A stretch of 64,000 nt of DNA, taken from assembly GCA_965116475.1 (NCBI GenBank), contig OZ220691.1, positions 2,432,001 through 2,496,000 on the forward strand, in the 5' to 3' direction. The stretch is from Gemmatimonadota bacterium. Lineage in GTDB: Bacteria; Gemmatimonadota; Gemmatimonadetes; Palauibacterales; Palauibacteraceae. How positions within the stretch are numbered: the first letter of the stretch is position 1; every line of letters begins with the position of its first letter. Both the position numbers and the translations under genes were made by a program. Below are positions 61,913-64,000 of this stretch, in pieces. The notes under the pieces were generated by a model. That model searched no databases and was not told the DNA's origin. It saw only the letters and a list, made by a program, of their open reading frames with translations.

Positions 61913-63556
61913 TCAGCGTTCCGGGATCACGACGCTCCGGAACACGTTCTGCCACCCCCCATCGCGCGTGCGAAAGCTGAACTGGAGGCTGACGGCATCG
62001 CCGGACTCGAATCCGGAGATGATGCGCTCGTAGTCGCCCGCCGTGCGGACCTCCTCGCCGTTGATGTCGACGATCAGCGCGCCCTCGGGAGCGATGCCTG
62101 CCCGACCTACCGCGCCCCGCGAATCGGCATCGACGACGACGACGCCCGTGAACCCGGGGTCGATCCCGTAGCGCGCATGTTCGCGCGCTGGCAGACCCGC
62201 GTCGTCCCGGACCTCGAGACCGAGGACGTCACCCGTCGGTTCGGGCATCTCGGGACGTGACGCGACCTGGGGAGGGGAGTCGTCCTCCGCCGAGATGAGA
62301 CGGACCTGCGCCCGGTCGCGCTCCAGCGTGGCGCGGCGCACGACATCCAGTTCCACCGTCTCCCCCGGCTCGAAGGCGCGGATCCGCCGCTGCAGTTCCG
62401 ACACGCCGGAGACGGGTTGCCCCGCCACGCCGACGATGACATCTCCGCCTTCCAGTCCGGCCAGCCGCGCGGGGCTGTCGTCGAAGGAGAAAGTCTGGAT
62501 TTTCGCCCCCCCGACCCGATCGAGTCCGTAGAACGCGGCGTCCGCTGCGTCGACATCGGTGATCGACACGCCGATCAGCGCCCGCCGGACCTCTCCGAAC
62601 TCGATCAGGTCGTCCACGACTTCACGCGCCAGTTCGATGGGGACCGCGAAGCCGTACCCCTGGTAGTTTCCGGTTGTCGAGAGGATCGCGGTGTTGATCC
62701 CGATCACCTCCCCGGCGGCATTCACGAGCGGCCCCCCCGAGTTGCCCCGGTTGATGACCGCGTCCGTCTGGATGAAGTCCTCGATCGCGAGGGGCGAGCG
62801 GTTCTGAAGGATGCGGATGTTGCGTCCCTTGGCGGAGACGATCCCCGCCGTGACGGACGACAACAGCGGCCCCGACCCCGACACGGTGCGGAAACCGGGA
62901 CTCCCGATCGCGAGTACCCACTCACCGACCGCTGTCGCGTCACTGGAGCCGATCGGCAGGACGGCAACGTCGTCCGCCTCGAGCCTGAGCAGCGCGACGT
63001 CGGTCTGCGGATCGCGTCCGACGAGTTCCACGTCTTCGAGCACCCGCCCGTCGTGGAGTTCGATGTCGATGCGCTCGGCGCCCGCGACGACGTGGTTGTT
63101 CGTCACCACGTAACCGTCCTCGGAGACGATGAACCCGGATCCGCTCCACGAATCCCTTCGCGTCGGCGGGTCGGCCCCGGGCGACTCATCCTCGGCGGAG
63201 GGTTCGTCCCCGGCGGGCGGTTCGAAGCCGGGCGGAAACTCGAAGCCGGGCGGGAATTCAAAGCCCGGGGGCGGCTCGAACCCGGGCGGGAACCGACCCT
63301 CGGTCACCTCCCGTTCCGCCGTCAGGTAGATCGTTACGACGGCGGGAGCCACGCGCTCCGTCACATCGGCGAAGCCGTTCTCCATCGTCATCCCGGCGCC
63401 CGAGGGGGCGCCGACTACCCACCCCGCATCCCGGTCCGTGTCCGCCGCGATCGAAAACGGCGTCAGATCCAGAACCGACGCCAGTCCCACCCCGAACGCG
63501 AACGCGATCGCCGTGGCGATCAGCAGATTCAGTCGAGTACGCAACGATTCGCTCAT
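61913..63556 (-). CDS. HtrA/DegP family serine protease with two PDZ domains
   Basis: GSGFIVS, TNNHV, DVALL, GNSGG. Confidence 0.93.
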   Translation of the reverse strand: MSESLRTRLNLLIATAIAFAFGVGLASVLDLTPFSIAADTDRDAGWVVGAPSGAGMTMENGFADVTERVAPAVVTIYLTAEREVTEGRFPPGFEPPPGFEFPPGFEFPPGFEPPAGDEPSAEDESPGADPPTRRDSWSGSGFIVSEDGYVVTNNHVVAGAERIDIELHDGRVLEDVELVGRDPQTDVALLRLEADDVAVLPIGSSDATAVGEWVLAIGSPGFRTVSGSGPLLSSVTAGIVSAKGRNIRILQNRSPLAIEDFIQTDAVINRGNSGGPLVNAAGEVIGINTAILSTTGNYQGYGFAVPIELAREVVDDLIEFGEVRRALIGVSITDVDAADAAFYGLDRVGGAKIQTFSFDDSPARLAGLEGGDVIVGVAGQPVSGVSELQRRIRAFEPGETVELDVVRRATLERDRAQVRLISAEDDSPPQVASRPEMPEPTGDVLGLEVRDDAGLPAREHARYGIDPGFTGVVVVDADSRGAVGRAGIAPEGALIVDINGEEVRTAGDYERIISGFESGDAVSLQFSFRTRDGGWQNVFRSVVIPER

Positions 63557-63701
63557 CTCTCTATCTCCTCATCCGGCCGCGACTCCACGCCCGCAGCACG
63601 AATATAGCAAACGAAACCGGCGTTCCTCCAACTCACGCTCCAATGACGGTGACCGGACCGGGTCCGTCACCCCCGAACGCCGAACCATGGGATGAACGGC
63701 A

Positions 63702-63743
63702 CGCGACCCGGGGTTGCCCGCAGGCCGGGCTCCCGGGTCGCGC
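63702..63743. terminator. GC-rich hairpin downstream of dnaK
   Basis: cgcgacccggg...cccgggtcgcg 11-bp stem; no clear U tract. Confidence 0.4.
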
Positions 63744-63766
63744 GGTGAGGCGTCGCCGGCGGGGGG

Positions 63767-64000
63767 CTACTTGTCGTCGGACTCCTCGACGATCTCGTAG
63801 TCCGCTTCGACGACTTCCAGTTCCTCGGCGTCGTCTTCCTCCGCCTCGACACCGGCCGCTCCGTCGCCGTCGTCCGGCATGTCGCCCGGCATGTCGCCCG
63901 GCGCCGCGTCCGCCCCCATCCCGGCCGCGGCGTACATCTTCTGCGCCGCCGCGCCGACCGCTTCCTGGATGGCGGCCGTCGCCGCGGCCACTTCCTCGGT
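63767..64000 (-). CDS. dnaK: Chaperone DnaK, C-terminal end (partial)
   Basis: AAAQKMYAAA...VVEADYEIVE acidic tail typical of DnaK. Confidence 0.8.
   Translation of the reverse strand, partial: TEEVAAATAAIQEAVGAAAQKMYAAAGMGADAAPGDMPGDMPDDGDGAAGVEAEEDDAEELEVVEADYEIVEESDDK

Overview
GC-rich bacterial chromosome segment, mostly core genes. Gene content and order suggest Gemmatimonadota (inference, not searched). Left to right: partial sigma70 factor, ccmABCD, ApgM-type phosphoglycerate mutase, a ~6 kb accessory island of secreted/lipoprotein genes (3992-10032), SPW-repeat gene, csoR-copA with a CsoR operator, pspA, transporters, a degenerate DEAD-box/DbpA protein, a small ubiquitin-like gene, serine/threonine/glycine enzymes, MoeB-rhodanese, comEA plus a type IVa pilus locus, aroCK, topA-xerC-hslVU-argF, a GcvT-MogA fusion, a sigma54 activator, a sulfotransferase cluster, engB-clpX-clpP-tig, tRNA-Leu(TAG), an HtrA protease and the 3' end of dnaK. 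The most notable signal is in the island: three gene ends are followed within 2-6 nt by diverged copies of the 3' end of the flanking SPW gene, one with an 18-bp palindrome, suggesting a recombinase-free gene-capture hotspot. Also notable are a GcvT fused to an apparently inactive MogA/gephyrin-G domain, an orphan ubiquitin-like protein near an E1-like enzyme, and many short tandem duplications at gene boundaries. All alignments and family calls were made by eye; start codons were often adjusted from the ORF track and are approximate.
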